DNA of 64,000 nt from Candidatus Latescibacterota bacterium. GTDB taxonomy: Bacteria; Latescibacterota; UBA2968. Below the pieces are notes generated by a model. The model ran no database searches, was not told the DNA's origin, and worked only from the letters and a program-made list of their open reading frames with translations. This document shows positions 19,044 to 29,253 of this stretch, piece by piece (positions within the stretch are counted from its first letter, which is position 1; every line of letters starts with the position of its first letter). The stretch is taken from NCBI GenBank assembly GCA_965204745.1, contig OZ242010.1:2976001-3040000 (forward strand), in the 5' to 3' direction. A program made the position numbers and the translations under genes.

Positions 19044-19640
19044 AATGCGAATTGAGAGTAGAAAGCGAGTAAGAAGCAAGCCACAACCCATCATCCAAAG
19101 ACATGAACGAGGTTCTGTTGACATTTTGTTTTTGAGCGATGAGCGTGACCGTCCTCGCCGCCCTGCCATCCGTGTCTGAATCGCGGATTAAACGGATTAC
19201 GCGGATTGCGCGGATTACCCACCACCGCCTTACCGCAGGACCTATCCCCCCGGCCCCCGTTATTCGCTTCGCTCATTGTAGGCTACGCCTGTGCCTACGA
19301 GGAAAGGGGGAGCGCATGGCTTTCTTAAAGGTTTGCATCCAGGGCTGTTTTGATGGCTTTGGGCGACTGGATCACGCCATGAAAAAGCGACCTATCCCCC
19401 CGGCCCCCTTTCCTGCGAGGAAAGGGGGAGCGCATGGCTTTCTTGAAAGGTTGTATCCAGGGCTGTTTTGATGGCTTTGGGCGACTGGATCACGCCATGA
19501 ACCCCAAAAAACCTATCGCCATTCTCCTCGCACAACCTCTCGCTATTCCCCCTTCCTCTTAGGAAGGGGGTTAGGGGGTAGGTCCCCCTCGCAGGCACAG
19601 GCGTAGCCTACAACGAAGCGTAGCGAGTAACGGGGCTAGG
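19041..19640. repeat. Composite of dispersed repeats, including tandem MITE/REPIN-like copies (19241-19382 partial, 19391-19582 full)
   Basis: Segments are homologous to 5452-5770, 24751-24997 and 49945-50275. Confidence 0.85.
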
Positions 19641-19934
19641 TCCAAAATTTCCTTGACAAGCAACGGCGTGGTACCTTAACTTTTTTTTATCATCGTTATT
19701 TATTGCCCGCAGGCAAAAGCCATGCCTGCACAACTCGTTATATTTTTTAGGAGGTTTTGTATGTTGACCGCCATTTTTCGACGTTGTTCAAACCTGTTTG
19801 GAGGCCACCGTTCCCCTGCGAAAAGTGGCGTTTATATCGCCCAGTCTCGTCTTGGAATGTGGTTCTATTCCATTGCAAAGCAGTCTGTTAAGATGATCAG
19901 TACAGTGTACCCCTCCCTCGAGAGGAGGATCAAA

Positions 19935-22900
19935 ATGACGTCTCTCTACGCTCGCTTGTTGGCCCTGGTCGCGCTGGTCATGCTGATGGCATCGGGGCCG
20001 GCTTTTGCCCAAACCACCGTCGACTACGACTTGGACAACGACGGCTACATTGATGTATCCACCCACGCCCAACTCAATGCCATTCGCTGGGACCTCAACG
20101 GCGATGGTGCCATAGACGCAAGGGCCACGTCCAGCGATACGACCACCTACAACGCCGCATTCCCCAACGCCGCCACCGGCATGGGTTGCGCCGCCGCCAC
20201 CTGCGTCGGCTACGAACTCACCGCCAACATTGACCTAGACACCGACGGCGACGGCAACATCGGCACAGACACCGACGACACCTACTACAACGGCGGCGCA
20301 GGCTGGCTTCCCATCGGCGACGACTCCGGCAACAGATACACAGCCGATTTCAAGGGCAACGGCTACACCATAAACAACCTGTTCATCAACCGAACCACCA
20401 GCGATGTCGGGCTGTTCGGCGCTATTAACCACACATCCCGCATCGAGACCTTGGGCGTAATCAACGCCAACGTTACGGCGCAGCGATACGTCGGCATTCT
20501 GGCAGGCGACGCTTACGGTGAAATCGTCGCCTGTTACACCACAGGCTCGGTAAGTGCTTCCAACTCCAGCAGCGATGTTGGCGGGTTGGTAGGCTTCATA
20601 GGCGTCTCTGGCGGATCCTCAGGGTCTATCAAATCCAGCTACTCCACTGCTTCCGTCAGCGGAGTTAATTATGTCGGCGGTCTGGTAGGGCGGGTCACTG
20701 CCGCCGGCACAAATATAACAAACTCATATGCCACCGGCGCCGTCAGCGGCACAGGAAGCAACGTCGCCGGGCTAATAGGGTTTGCCAGCAGCGTCCCCGG
20801 CAGCTCCGCCGCTATCTACTGGGACACCCAAACCAGTACCCAGACAACCAGCGCCGGCGGCGGCTCAGGACAGACCACCAGTGCTCTCCGAGGTCCCACC
20901 GGCTACACCGGCATCTACTCCTCATGGAACGCCAACATAGACGGCAACGCCGGCAACGACGACCCCTGGGACTTCGGAACGTCATCGCAGTATCCGGTAC
21001 TGAAGTACGGTGGTCATTCCCTGGCCGCCCAGGGCCGGACAGTCACTGACTACGACATGGACAATGACCGCCTGATTGACATCACCACTTTGGCGCAACT
21101 CAACGTCATTCGCTGGGACCTCAACGGCGATGGTGCCATAGACTCAAGTGCCACGTCCAGCGATACGACCGCCTACAACACCGCCTTTTCCAACCGTGAC
21201 ATCGGTAGCGCCCGGATGGGTTGCCCGTCCGGTACCTGCACAGGCTACGAGTTGCTCAACAACCTCAACTTTGACCAGAACAACGACGGCGCAATCACCC
21301 AAGCAGACACCACCTACTGGAATAGCGGCCAAGGCTGGATGCCCATCGGCTCCGACGCCAACCCAGCGTCTCGATACACAGGCGATTTCAAAGGCAACGG
21401 CTACACCGTCCAAAACCTGTTCATCAGCCGCAGCACCGTTAGCTACCAAGCACTGTTCGGTAGCACCGGCACCAACTCCCGCATCGAGTCACTGGGCGTA
21501 ACCGACGCCGATGTTACGGCAGACGACTTTAGTGCCATTCTGGTCGGCGGCAATCGCGGCGAAATCGTCGCCTGCTACACCACCGGTCGCATGACGGGCG
21601 ACAATGTCGTCGGCGGTCTGGTCGGCTGGACCGGAGGCTCCATTTCCACAAGCTACTCCCTCGCATCCGTCAGCGCAACTGAGAGGCTCGGCGGGCTGGT
21701 GGGCTCAAAAGCGACCACCGGCTCCATAACAAACTCCTACTCCACCGGCGCGGTCAGCCTCTCCAGCGGGTCGATGACATCTATCGGCGGGCTGTTGGGC
21801 GAGTCGAATGCCGGCACGGGCACGGTTACCTATAGCTACTGGGACACCACAGCCAGCGGGCGCCAAACGAGCTTCGGCGGTAGCGGCGCGATAGGCAGAA
21901 CCACCATGCAACTCCAGAACCCCACCACCTACGGTGCCACCACCAACGACACCTACTACAACTGGAACGCCAACCTCGACGGACAATCCGGCAACGACGA
22001 TCCGTGGACCTTTGGCGCGATGGATCAGTATCCTGTGTTGAAGTATGCCGGCATGGACACCACCGTGCAATTTCAGCTTCAACCCGCGATAGTGACGTTG
22101 GCACTGACGCCCTCGTCGATTTTGGAAAACGGCGGGATGAGCACCGTGACCGCGACGCTGGCACACCCATTGAGCGCGGCGACGACGATCACGGTGCATC
22201 CTGTGACCGGTGCTTACACGGTGGGGGCGGATTCGACGATCACCATCGCGGCAGGGCAAACCGCGAACGCGTCGGACACGGTGGTCATCACAGCAGTGGA
22301 CAATACCCAAGACGCGCCTAATCGCGACGTGGACATGTCCGTTGTGGCGGGCAACGCCCAAGGCGCGGGCAGAGTGACCGCGACTTTGACTTTGACGCTG
22401 GAGGACGACGACCCTGCACCGATAGCGACGTTGGCGGCGAACCCGTCGTCGATTTCGGAGAACGGCGCGGTTTCGACGGTCACGGCGTCACTATCGCGTC
22501 CATCAAGCGCGGCGACGACGATCACGGTGCGTCCTGTGGCGAGTGCTTATACGGTGGCGGCGGATTCGACGATCACCATCGCGGCAGGGGACACGATTAA
22601 TGCGTCGGACACGGTGATCATCACAGCGGTGAACAATACCCAAGACGCGCCTAATCGCCCCGTGACCGTGTCCGGTGTGATGAGCAACGCCCAAGGCGCG
22701 GGTAGTGTGACCGGGGCATCTTTAACGCTGGAGGACGACGAAGCTGCGCCGGACGTGACGATGGTTTTGTCGCCTATGTCGATTGCAGAGAACGGCGGCG
22801 TCTCGACCGTGACAGCGACCCTGTCTCACACGTCGAGCGATCCGACGACGATTACGGTGACAGTGGCGCCTGTGCTACCTGCGGTTGCGGGCGACTACAC

Positions 22901-24494
22901 GATAAGCACGCCGGCCACGCTGACCGTCGCGGCGGGGCAAACGATGAGCGCGGGCACCGTGACGATCACAGGGGTGAATAACGCCGATGCTACGGGGAAC
23001 AAGACGGTGACCGTGTCGAGTACGCTAACCAACAGCGTAGGCACGGGATCGGTCACTGATGTGACGCTGACGCTTGTCGATGACGACGTGCCGCAGGTGA
23101 CGTTGGTTTTGACTCCGGCGTCGATTACGGAGAATGCCCAGGTTTCCACGATCACGGCGACGCTGGATCGCATCGCAACCACGGCGGCGACGGTCACGGT
23201 TTCAGCGATGGCTGTGTCGCCTGCGGTTGCGGGCGATTTTACGCTATCGACCACGACCACGCTGACCTTCGCGGCGAATGTGACGACGAGCACGGGCAGC
23301 GTGACGATCACCTCGGTGAACGATACGACCGATGCGCCTGACAAGGAAGTGACCGTGTCTGCAACGGTGACGGGTGGCAATATGGCGGTGCTATCATCTT
23401 CCGAGACCCTGACGATCACCGATGATGACGCGCCGCCGAGGCTCTCGATCAGTTCGCCGAGTGCGGTTGAGGGCACTGCCCTGACGTTCACCGTCAGATT
23501 GAATGCGGCGAGCGGCAAAGAGGTGACGGTGGCGTATGCAGACGCGAGCACGGGCACCGCGACTTCGGGGACCGATTACACCGCGCTTACCGCAGGGACC
23601 CTGACCTTCGCGGCGGGCACGACCAGCCAGACCTTCGCTGTTTCTGTGAGCGACGACGGGGATGATGAGCCGAACGAGACCGTGGAGGTGACTTTGAGCA
23701 ACGCGGTCAATGCCACCTTTGATGGCGGGGCGACGAGCCTCACCGGCACAGGGACGATTATCGATGACGATGGCATGCCTGCGCTGAGTATCGGTTCGCC
23801 AAGCGTGATTGAAGGCGCGACCGGCGCGACCCTAACCTTTCGGGTGTACCTACGCCCGGCGCACACGGCACAAGTGACGGTGGCGTATGCAGACGCGGGC
23901 ACGGGCACCGCGACTTCGGGGACCGATTACACCGCGCTTACCGCAGGGACCCTGACCTTCACGGTAGGCGATACCATCCAGACCATCCCTGTTTCTGTGA
24001 CCGACGACTCGGATGATGAGCCGAACGAGACCGTGATCGTGACGCTGAGCAGTGCGACCAATGCGACCATAAGCACGGCGCAAGGCACAGGGACGATTAT
24101 CGATGACGAAACCTCGAGTGCCAACTTGGATGTGGATGGCGATGGCCGGGTGAGATTGTTCTCGGATATAATCCTGGTCATTCGATACGTCCTCTTCTTC
24201 CGGGAAGAGGCCCTCCTCAGAGGGAACGTCATCGAGCCAACTGCCACGCGCAAGACCGCTCAAGAAATTGAACCCTACCTCGACACGTTGGTCAATCAGA
24301 ACATTCTCGATGTGGATGGCGATGGCGATGTGAGGCTGTTCTCGGATATAATCCTGATCATTCGATATGTCCTCTTCTTCCGGAACGAGGCCCTCGTCAG
24401 AGGGAACGTCATCGAGCCAACTGCCACGCGCACGACCGCTCAAGCCATTGAACCCTACATCCGAAGCCTCTATCCCGACTCCCACTTCCAATGA
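19935..24494 (+). CDS. Large secreted surface protein: two GLUG-motif modules, Calx-beta/Ig-like repeats, two C-terminal dockerin-like repeats
   Basis: RBS GAGGAGG; signal peptide ending AFA-Q; VGGLVG motifs; ATSGTDY..GTLTF..DDEPNET Calx-beta motifs; LDVDGDG..SDIIL.IRY x2. Confidence 0.88.
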   Translation: MTSLYARLLALVALVMLMASGPAFAQTTVDYDLDNDGYIDVSTHAQLNAIRWDLNGDGAIDARATSSDTTTYNAAFPNAATGMGCAAATCVGYELTANIDLDTDGDGNIGTDTDDTYYNGGAGWLPIGDDSGNRYTADFKGNGYTINNLFINRTTSDVGLFGAINHTSRIETLGVINANVTAQRYVGILAGDAYGEIVACYTTGSVSASNSSSDVGGLVGFIGVSGGSSGSIKSSYSTASVSGVNYVGGLVGRVTAAGTNITNSYATGAVSGTGSNVAGLIGFASSVPGSSAAIYWDTQTSTQTTSAGGGSGQTTSALRGPTGYTGIYSSWNANIDGNAGNDDPWDFGTSSQYPVLKYGGHSLAAQGRTVTDYDMDNDRLIDITTLAQLNVIRWDLNGDGAIDSSATSSDTTAYNTAFSNRDIGSARMGCPSGTCTGYELLNNLNFDQNNDGAITQADTTYWNSGQGWMPIGSDANPASRYTGDFKGNGYTVQNLFISRSTVSYQALFGSTGTNSRIESLGVTDADVTADDFSAILVGGNRGEIVACYTTGRMTGDNVVGGLVGWTGGSISTSYSLASVSATERLGGLVGSKATTGSITNSYSTGAVSLSSGSMTSIGGLLGESNAGTGTVTYSYWDTTASGRQTSFGGSGAIGRTTMQLQNPTTYGATTNDTYYNWNANLDGQSGNDDPWTFGAMDQYPVLKYAGMDTTVQFQLQPAIVTLALTPSSILENGGMSTVTATLAHPLSAATTITVHPVTGAYTVGADSTITIAAGQTANASDTVVITAVDNTQDAPNRDVDMSVVAGNAQGAGRVTATLTLTLEDDDPAPIATLAANPSSISENGAVSTVTASLSRPSSAATTITVRPVASAYTVAADSTITIAAGDTINASDTVIITAVNNTQDAPNRPVTVSGVMSNAQGAGSVTGASLTLEDDEAAPDVTMVLSPMSIAENGGVSTVTATLSHTSSDPTTITVTVAPVLPAVAGDYTISTPATLTVAAGQTMSAGTVTITGVNNADATGNKTVTVSSTLTNSVGTGSVTDVTLTLVDDDVPQVTLVLTPASITENAQVSTITATLDRIATTAATVTVSAMAVSPAVAGDFTLSTTTTLTFAANVTTSTGSVTITSVNDTTDAPDKEVTVSATVTGGNMAVLSSSETLTITDDDAPPRLSISSPSAVEGTALTFTVRLNAASGKEVTVAYADASTGTATSGTDYTALTAGTLTFAAGTTSQTFAVSVSDDGDDEPNETVEVTLSNAVNATFDGGATSLTGTGTIIDDDGMPALSIGSPSVIEGATGATLTFRVYLRPAHTAQVTVAYADAGTGTATSGTDYTALTAGTLTFTVGDTIQTIPVSVTDDSDDEPNETVIVTLSSATNATISTAQGTGTIIDDETSSANLDVDGDGRVRLFSDIILVIRYVLFFREEALLRGNVIEPTATRKTAQEIEPYLDTLVNQNILDVDGDGDVRLFSDIILIIRYVLFFRNEALVRGNVIEPTATRTTAQAIEPYIRSLYPDSHFQ

Positions 24495-24679
24495 AAGCCT
24501 GTTCTCTGACCGCCACAGATGGCGATGGCAATGTGAATTTCGCCGACTTCTTGACCTTTGCGGATAAGTTCGGATCGCGGCTCGGACAGGAGCGATATGA
24601 CCCCCGGTGCGATGGCGATGGTCAAATTGACTCTGCCGATTGCTTCATCTTCGTCGCCGACTTTGGCTCGACAGGCTGA
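24491..24679 (+). pseudogene. Degenerate EF-hand/dockerin-like module
   Basis: DGDGNVNFADFLTFADKFG...YDPRCDGDGQIDSADCFIFVADFG; the second half appears shortened. Confidence 0.55.
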
Positions 24680-24701
24680 ACGACGAAAGATGCAAACAAA
24701 C

Positions 24702-24740
24702 AAAAGCCCGGGTTCACAGTGAACTCAGGCTTTACTTTTT
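24702..24740 (+). terminator. Intrinsic terminator
   Basis: AAAGCC..GGTTCAC/GTGAACT..GGCTTT hairpin followed by a T-rich tract. Confidence 0.55.
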
Positions 24741-24750
24741 GGAATTGGAA

Positions 24751-24997
24751 CCTACCCCCTAGCCCCGTTACTCGCTACGCTTCGTTGTAGGCTACGCCTG
24801 TGCCTACGAGGAAGATACAAGGGGGAATAACATCTCTCCGTTGCGGAGAAGAGCCAGAGGAGAGGCATCCATCGTTCGTTTTAAGACAAGTTCAAGGGCG
24901 ATTCTATAATGGATGACTCGTTCATGTCTTTGGATGATTGACCGCGGCTTGCTTCTTACTCGCTTTCTACTCTTAATTCGCATTGACAACTGACAAC
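24751..24997. repeat. Dispersed repeats: REP-like end (24751-24827) and ~130-bp conserved element (24866-24997)
   Basis: Matches 5452-5528 and 19591-19640; the second part matches 50148-50275 and, inverted, 19041-19110. Confidence 0.82.
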
Positions 24998-25055
24998 TTG
25001 AGAGGGATAGCGCGGTAGCCTTCTTCCATCTCACGCCTTTGCTGAAAACTACCTT

Positions 25056-26165
25056 ATGAAAATTACACACGTCGAAGCCATTCACTTGCGGTTGCCCAAA
25101 ATTGAGGAGGCAGCCGATGGCACGCAGGATTGCCTGATCGTGCGCGTGCAGACCGATGCGGGTATTGCGGGATTGGGCGAGGTGGTGTCGTGTTCTTATG
25201 TGGGCAAGGCCGTGATTGAAGCGCCGCGCTCCGCGCCGTTTCGCCACGGATTGGCCGCGATAGTCACCGGGATGGACGCGCTCGATTTGGACGCGATTCA
25301 CAATGCGATGATCCAAGGGGTATCGTGGTACGGCCCAGGCGGTGTGGCGCGGCACGCGATGAGTGGCGTCGATATGGCGTTGTGGGATATTCGGGGCAAG
25401 GTGGAAGGCAAACCCGTGCGCCGGCTGTTGCGGGAAGATGCGGCAGATGCGGTGCCCGCTTATGCGAGCGTGTTGTGGCCCGCGCGTCCGGAGTTGGTGC
25501 GGGAATCCGCCGAGCAATTTACCGCGCAGGGATATCGGGCCGTGAAGTACGGTTGGGTGCCGATGGGGCCAGATCCCGCGTTGGACGAGGCACTGGTGGC
25601 CGCGGCCAGGGCGGCTTTGGGTCCGGATGTGGCTTTGATGGTGGATGCCGGTCGCGCGTGGGATGCCGAGACCGCGCTGGGTCGCGTGGCGCGATTTGAG
25701 AAATACGATGTGTTTTGGCTCGAGGAGCCGTTGCATCCATTTGATGTGCGAGGCTATGCCGAGGTAGCCACGCGGTCATCCATTCCAATTGCCGGGGGCG
25801 AAGCCATGACCCTGGTGGGCGAATACGCCGATTTGTTGCACACTGGGAAACTCCATTTTGTACAGCCAGATCTCGGGCGCGTGGGCGGGTTGACCGGCGC
25901 GCGGGCGATTGAGCAGTTGGCAAAAGAGGCGGGGGCGCGGGCCGTGCCGCATGCGTATGGCACTGGGGTTTTGTTGGCCGCATCCGCGCAATGGGCCGCA
26001 ACGAGCGACCAACCCCTGACCGAGTACACGCGCGCGCCTTCGCCCTTAGCACGCAATCTGGCGCGGCACAACATGGTATTTCGAGACGGTGCGTTGCACT
26101 TGACGGATGAACCCGGTCTCGGCGTGGAATTGGATGAAGAGGTGGTGGCGGAGTTCAGAGTATAG
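25056..26165 (+). CDS. Mandelate racemase/muconate lactonizing (enolase superfamily) enzyme
   Basis: SGVDMALWDIRGK, LMVDAG, WLEEPL, IAGGE, QPDLGRVGG. Confidence 0.92.
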   Translation: MKITHVEAIHLRLPKIEEAADGTQDCLIVRVQTDAGIAGLGEVVSCSYVGKAVIEAPRSAPFRHGLAAIVTGMDALDLDAIHNAMIQGVSWYGPGGVARHAMSGVDMALWDIRGKVEGKPVRRLLREDAADAVPAYASVLWPARPELVRESAEQFTAQGYRAVKYGWVPMGPDPALDEALVAAARAALGPDVALMVDAGRAWDAETALGRVARFEKYDVFWLEEPLHPFDVRGYAEVATRSSIPIAGGEAMTLVGEYADLLHTGKLHFVQPDLGRVGGLTGARAIEQLAKEAGARAVPHAYGTGVLLAASAQWAATSDQPLTEYTRAPSPLARNLARHNMVFRDGALHLTDEPGLGVELDEEVVAEFRV

Positions 26166-26243
26166 GAAAGTCAGTGGTCATATCGAGTGGTTGCGATGGC
26201 TCGATCCGAGATCGATGTTCGGCGTTTTTAGAAAGGGGATGGA

Positions 26244-27107
26244 ATGGCTTCTGTGAAAGAGATCTACAAGTTTGACGAATTGACGTGGCCCGAGGTGAAC
26301 GCGGCCGTGGCGATGGGGAAAATCCCGATTATTCCGACTGGCGCGGTCGAGCAACACGGGCATCACTTGCCCTTGAAGGTCGATCATCTGTGCGCCAATG
26401 CCGTGGCGACGGAAGGCGCGCGTCTCAAGCCGGAATACAGTTTGGTGTTGCCGCCGGTGAGTTATGGGTACGTCCATCACGTCATGGATTTTCCCGGCTC
26501 GTTGAATATCCACTACGAACACTTCATTCAATACGTGCTGGACATTTGCAAAAGTTTGGCGTATCACGGGTTCAAGAAGATGATTCTCGTCAATGGGCAC
26601 GGGTCCAATCACAACCTGGTCGAGATGGTTGCGCGGCGCACCATTTTGGAGACGGACGCGAGTTGCGCCTTTTGCTCGTGGTGGCAACTGCTCAAGGTCG
26701 ATCCCGAGTTTGACGACAAATGGCGCGAGAGCGTGTTTCCGGGTGGGTGTTCGCATGCGGGCGAGTTGGAGACGTCGATGTTGCTCTACTTGTCGCCAGA
26801 GAGCGTGCGGCAGGACAAAATCAAGAGCGAGATCGCCAAGACCAATCAGCGCGGGTCCGAGTTTATTTGGACGGATCTGTTCGCACGAGGGCCTGTCGGG
26901 CTGGTGGAATGGACGAGTCAGTATTCGGATTCGGGCGTGATGGGCGAGGCCGAGAAAGCCACCGCGGAAAAGGGCAAGGTCGTGTTTGAAGAGGCGAGCA
27001 AAAATCTGGCGCGATTCGTCGAAGAATACTATCATCAAAAGATCGAGGCACACACGCATCACCAAGCACAAGAACCGACATTCCCATTGTCGTTCACCAG
27101 TCATTAG
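26244..27107 (+). CDS. Creatininase family amidohydrolase
   Basis: GAVEQHGHHLP..D, NGHGSN, HAGELETS, SGVMG..ATAEKG. Confidence 0.93.
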   Translation: MASVKEIYKFDELTWPEVNAAVAMGKIPIIPTGAVEQHGHHLPLKVDHLCANAVATEGARLKPEYSLVLPPVSYGYVHHVMDFPGSLNIHYEHFIQYVLDICKSLAYHGFKKMILVNGHGSNHNLVEMVARRTILETDASCAFCSWWQLLKVDPEFDDKWRESVFPGGCSHAGELETSMLLYLSPESVRQDKIKSEIAKTNQRGSEFIWTDLFARGPVGLVEWTSQYSDSGVMGEAEKATAEKGKVVFEEASKNLARFVEEYYHQKIEAHTHHQAQEPTFPLSFTSH

Positions 27108-27119
27108 AGGAGGAAAACG

Positions 27120-28091
27120 ATGAAACTCGCGACGTATGTCGTTGACAATCGAGAAGCCATTGGCGCGGTGGTCGCAGATGACGCGCTGATCGTCGATCTC
27201 GTTGCTGCAGATGGCGCGTTGGCGCGACTGCAAAACCGCGAAGCGCGTCCCTTTTTCACGGATATGCTGACCCTGTTGGAGGCCGGGGCAGAAGGTCTCT
27301 CCGCGGCCGAGCAAGCTGTGGCAGATGCCGAGCAGCGGTTGAATGGCGCGCCGGATGGTCAACTCGGGTTTGCGGTCGATGCGGTCACCTTGCGCGCGCC
27401 CGTGCCCAATCCGCGCAAGGTGTTCTGCTTGGCGGGCAATTATCAGGATCACATCGAAGAAAGCGGCAACGTGAAGATGCAAATTCAGGATATGGAAACC
27501 CCGCGCGTGTTCATGAAGCCGCCAACGACGACGGTGATCGGGCCGGGGGATCACATCTCGATTCCCCCCATTGCACGCGGGGTCGATTGGGAAGGCGAGT
27601 TGGCCGTGGTGATGGGCCAAAAGGCAAAGGGCATAAAAGCCGAAAGCGCGCTGACTTACGTGGCGGGCTATACGGTGATGAACGATGTTTCCGAGCGCAT
27701 GTTGCAGATCAAACAGCGCACGGACAGTCGCCCGCGCGATGACTGGTTCGATTGGCTGAACGGCAAATGGTTAGATACGTTCGCGCCCCAAGGCCCGTGG
27801 CTGGTCACCGCCGATGAAATCCCCGATCCGCAGGTGCTCGACATCAGTACCTATGTGAATGGCGACCGCAAGCAACACAACAACACGGGGCAGATGTTGT
27901 ATCCAGTGCATAAAATCATCGAGTACATCTCGGCGATTATCACGCTCGAGCCCGGAGATCTGATCAGCACGGGGACGATTTCGGGCGTGGGCAATACGAC
28001 GGGGACGTACATGCAACCGGGCGACCAGGTGGAGATCGAGATTTCGGGCATCGGCCGATTGCAAAACCCCGTGGCGGCGAGTGAGAAATAG
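27120..28091 (+). CDS. Fumarylacetoacetate hydrolase family protein
   Basis: CLAGNYQDH, DWEGELAVV, GYTVMNDVSER, LEPGDLISTGT. Confidence 0.93.
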   Translation: MKLATYVVDNREAIGAVVADDALIVDLVAADGALARLQNREARPFFTDMLTLLEAGAEGLSAAEQAVADAEQRLNGAPDGQLGFAVDAVTLRAPVPNPRKVFCLAGNYQDHIEESGNVKMQIQDMETPRVFMKPPTTTVIGPGDHISIPPIARGVDWEGELAVVMGQKAKGIKAESALTYVAGYTVMNDVSERMLQIKQRTDSRPRDDWFDWLNGKWLDTFAPQGPWLVTADEIPDPQVLDISTYVNGDRKQHNNTGQMLYPVHKIIEYISAIITLEPGDLISTGTISGVGNTTGTYMQPGDQVEIEISGIGRLQNPVAASEK

Positions 28092-28140
28092 AGTCGCTCT
28101 CGATGACTCGGGATGAAAAAAAATAAAGGAAAGGAGATCG

Positions 28141-28932
28141 ATGTCTTTTTTCATGGGCCGATTTTTTGTCGGCCTTTTCTTTATTTTGAGTGCGTGGTTG
28201 GTCGGGTGTGATTATCTCGCGCCAAAAGAGAAGGGCTATGTCACGGCTGTGGTGTTGAATTTGCGGGAGCAACCGACGACAAAGTCCCGCGTGGTGGGGC
28301 GGTTGCAGCGCGGACGCGAATTGCTGGTCATTGAACGGGGCGCCCCGTGGTTGCGCGTGCGCGCAGATGAGATGGAGGGATGGGTACACGGCCATTATGT
28401 AGGGGATGCCGCAGCCGTGCGCGCCGCATTGCAAAAAGACTTGGCGAGACGTTCAAGCGCGAGGAAAAAGCGGCCTGAGACGCGCCCGCCGCAACCCCAA
28501 CCCCCAACGCCGCAAAAGTCTGCCGATGCCCTGTCTATCGCTGGCATGATCGCGGGGATGCCCGACGATTTGGTGTTGGAGGAAATGGATGCCATCGAAG
28601 GACAATCGCGGCATATCGGCGCGACTGGCGATGGCCAAGTGGTGCTGGAGTTCTGGGGGCCAGAGTCCAATTTGTTGCGGTCCGAGATTATGGTGACCGT
28701 GCTCGGCATGTCCGATGATGCGGTGATCCGAAATGCGGAATTGGTGCGAATCTTCGTCTGCAATGCCGTGCCGCAATGGAAACGCGATGCGGGGTGGATC
28801 GCAAATTTTATGCGAGAATTGTCGAGCCGCGATGCGGGCACAGGCGGGTTTGACGCACGCGGCAAATCCGTGCGCTTCCTGTTCATCAAACCCTTGGGCG
28901 CGATCCGCGTGACTATCGAAAAAGCGTATTGA
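28141..28932 (+). CDS. SH3 (SH3b) domain lipoprotein
   Basis: Lipobox LVGC; LNLREQPTTKSRVVGRL..GWVHG.YV. Confidence 0.75.
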   Translation: MSFFMGRFFVGLFFILSAWLVGCDYLAPKEKGYVTAVVLNLREQPTTKSRVVGRLQRGRELLVIERGAPWLRVRADEMEGWVHGHYVGDAAAVRAALQKDLARRSSARKKRPETRPPQPQPPTPQKSADALSIAGMIAGMPDDLVLEEMDAIEGQSRHIGATGDGQVVLEFWGPESNLLRSEIMVTVLGMSDDAVIRNAELVRIFVCNAVPQWKRDAGWIANFMRELSSRDAGTGGFDARGKSVRFLFIKPLGAIRVTIEKAY

Positions 28933-29004
28933 CAACCGACAGGTGATTCCCCCATATTTATGGCGAAATCACAGCGTACAGGTGGCGGGCAAAGGAGGGT
29001 TGAC

Positions 29005-29253
29005 ATGGCGAAACTGAGCATCGAGATCGCCGCTTACGAGCGCATGCGCGACGCGCTGGAAACCGATCATTTCGGCGAGTGGGTCGTCGTGCATGATGAG
29101 GAACTCATTGGAACATATCGATCATTCGAGGCCGCGGCAGGGGTTGCGATAGCGCGTTTTGGTCGCGGGCCGTACCTCATCAGGCAAGTCGGAGAGCCTC
29201 CGTTTCGGTTGCCGGCTTCTATTTTGTACAGGCGGGCCTATGGCGATAACTAA
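29005..29253 (+). CDS. Small DUF5678-like hypothetical protein
   Basis: AYE.M...LE..H.GEWVVVHDEELIG.Y..FE.A...RFG..PYLIRQVG; strong RBS AAGGAGG. Confidence 0.6.
   Translation: MAKLSIEIAAYERMRDALETDHFGEWVVVHDEELIGTYRSFEAAAGVAIARFGRGPYLIRQVGEPPFRLPASILYRRAYGDN

Noticed and set aside
19712-19727. Second sigma-54-like motif (minus strand AGGCATGGCTTTTGCC)
   Set aside because: It is a weaker match, points away from the adjacent gene into repeats, and is part of a small hairpin.
19722-19934. N-terminal ORF extensions from the ORF track (also 6505-6636, 8012-8077, 50494-50598, 61516-61626)
   Set aside because: RBS, signal peptide and family starts indicate downstream ATGs; several extensions are repeat DNA.
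20010-24460. Diversity-generating retroelement TR/VR pair among the internal repeats
   Set aside because: There is no reverse transcriptase in the window, and the differences between repeats are not obviously adenine-specific.
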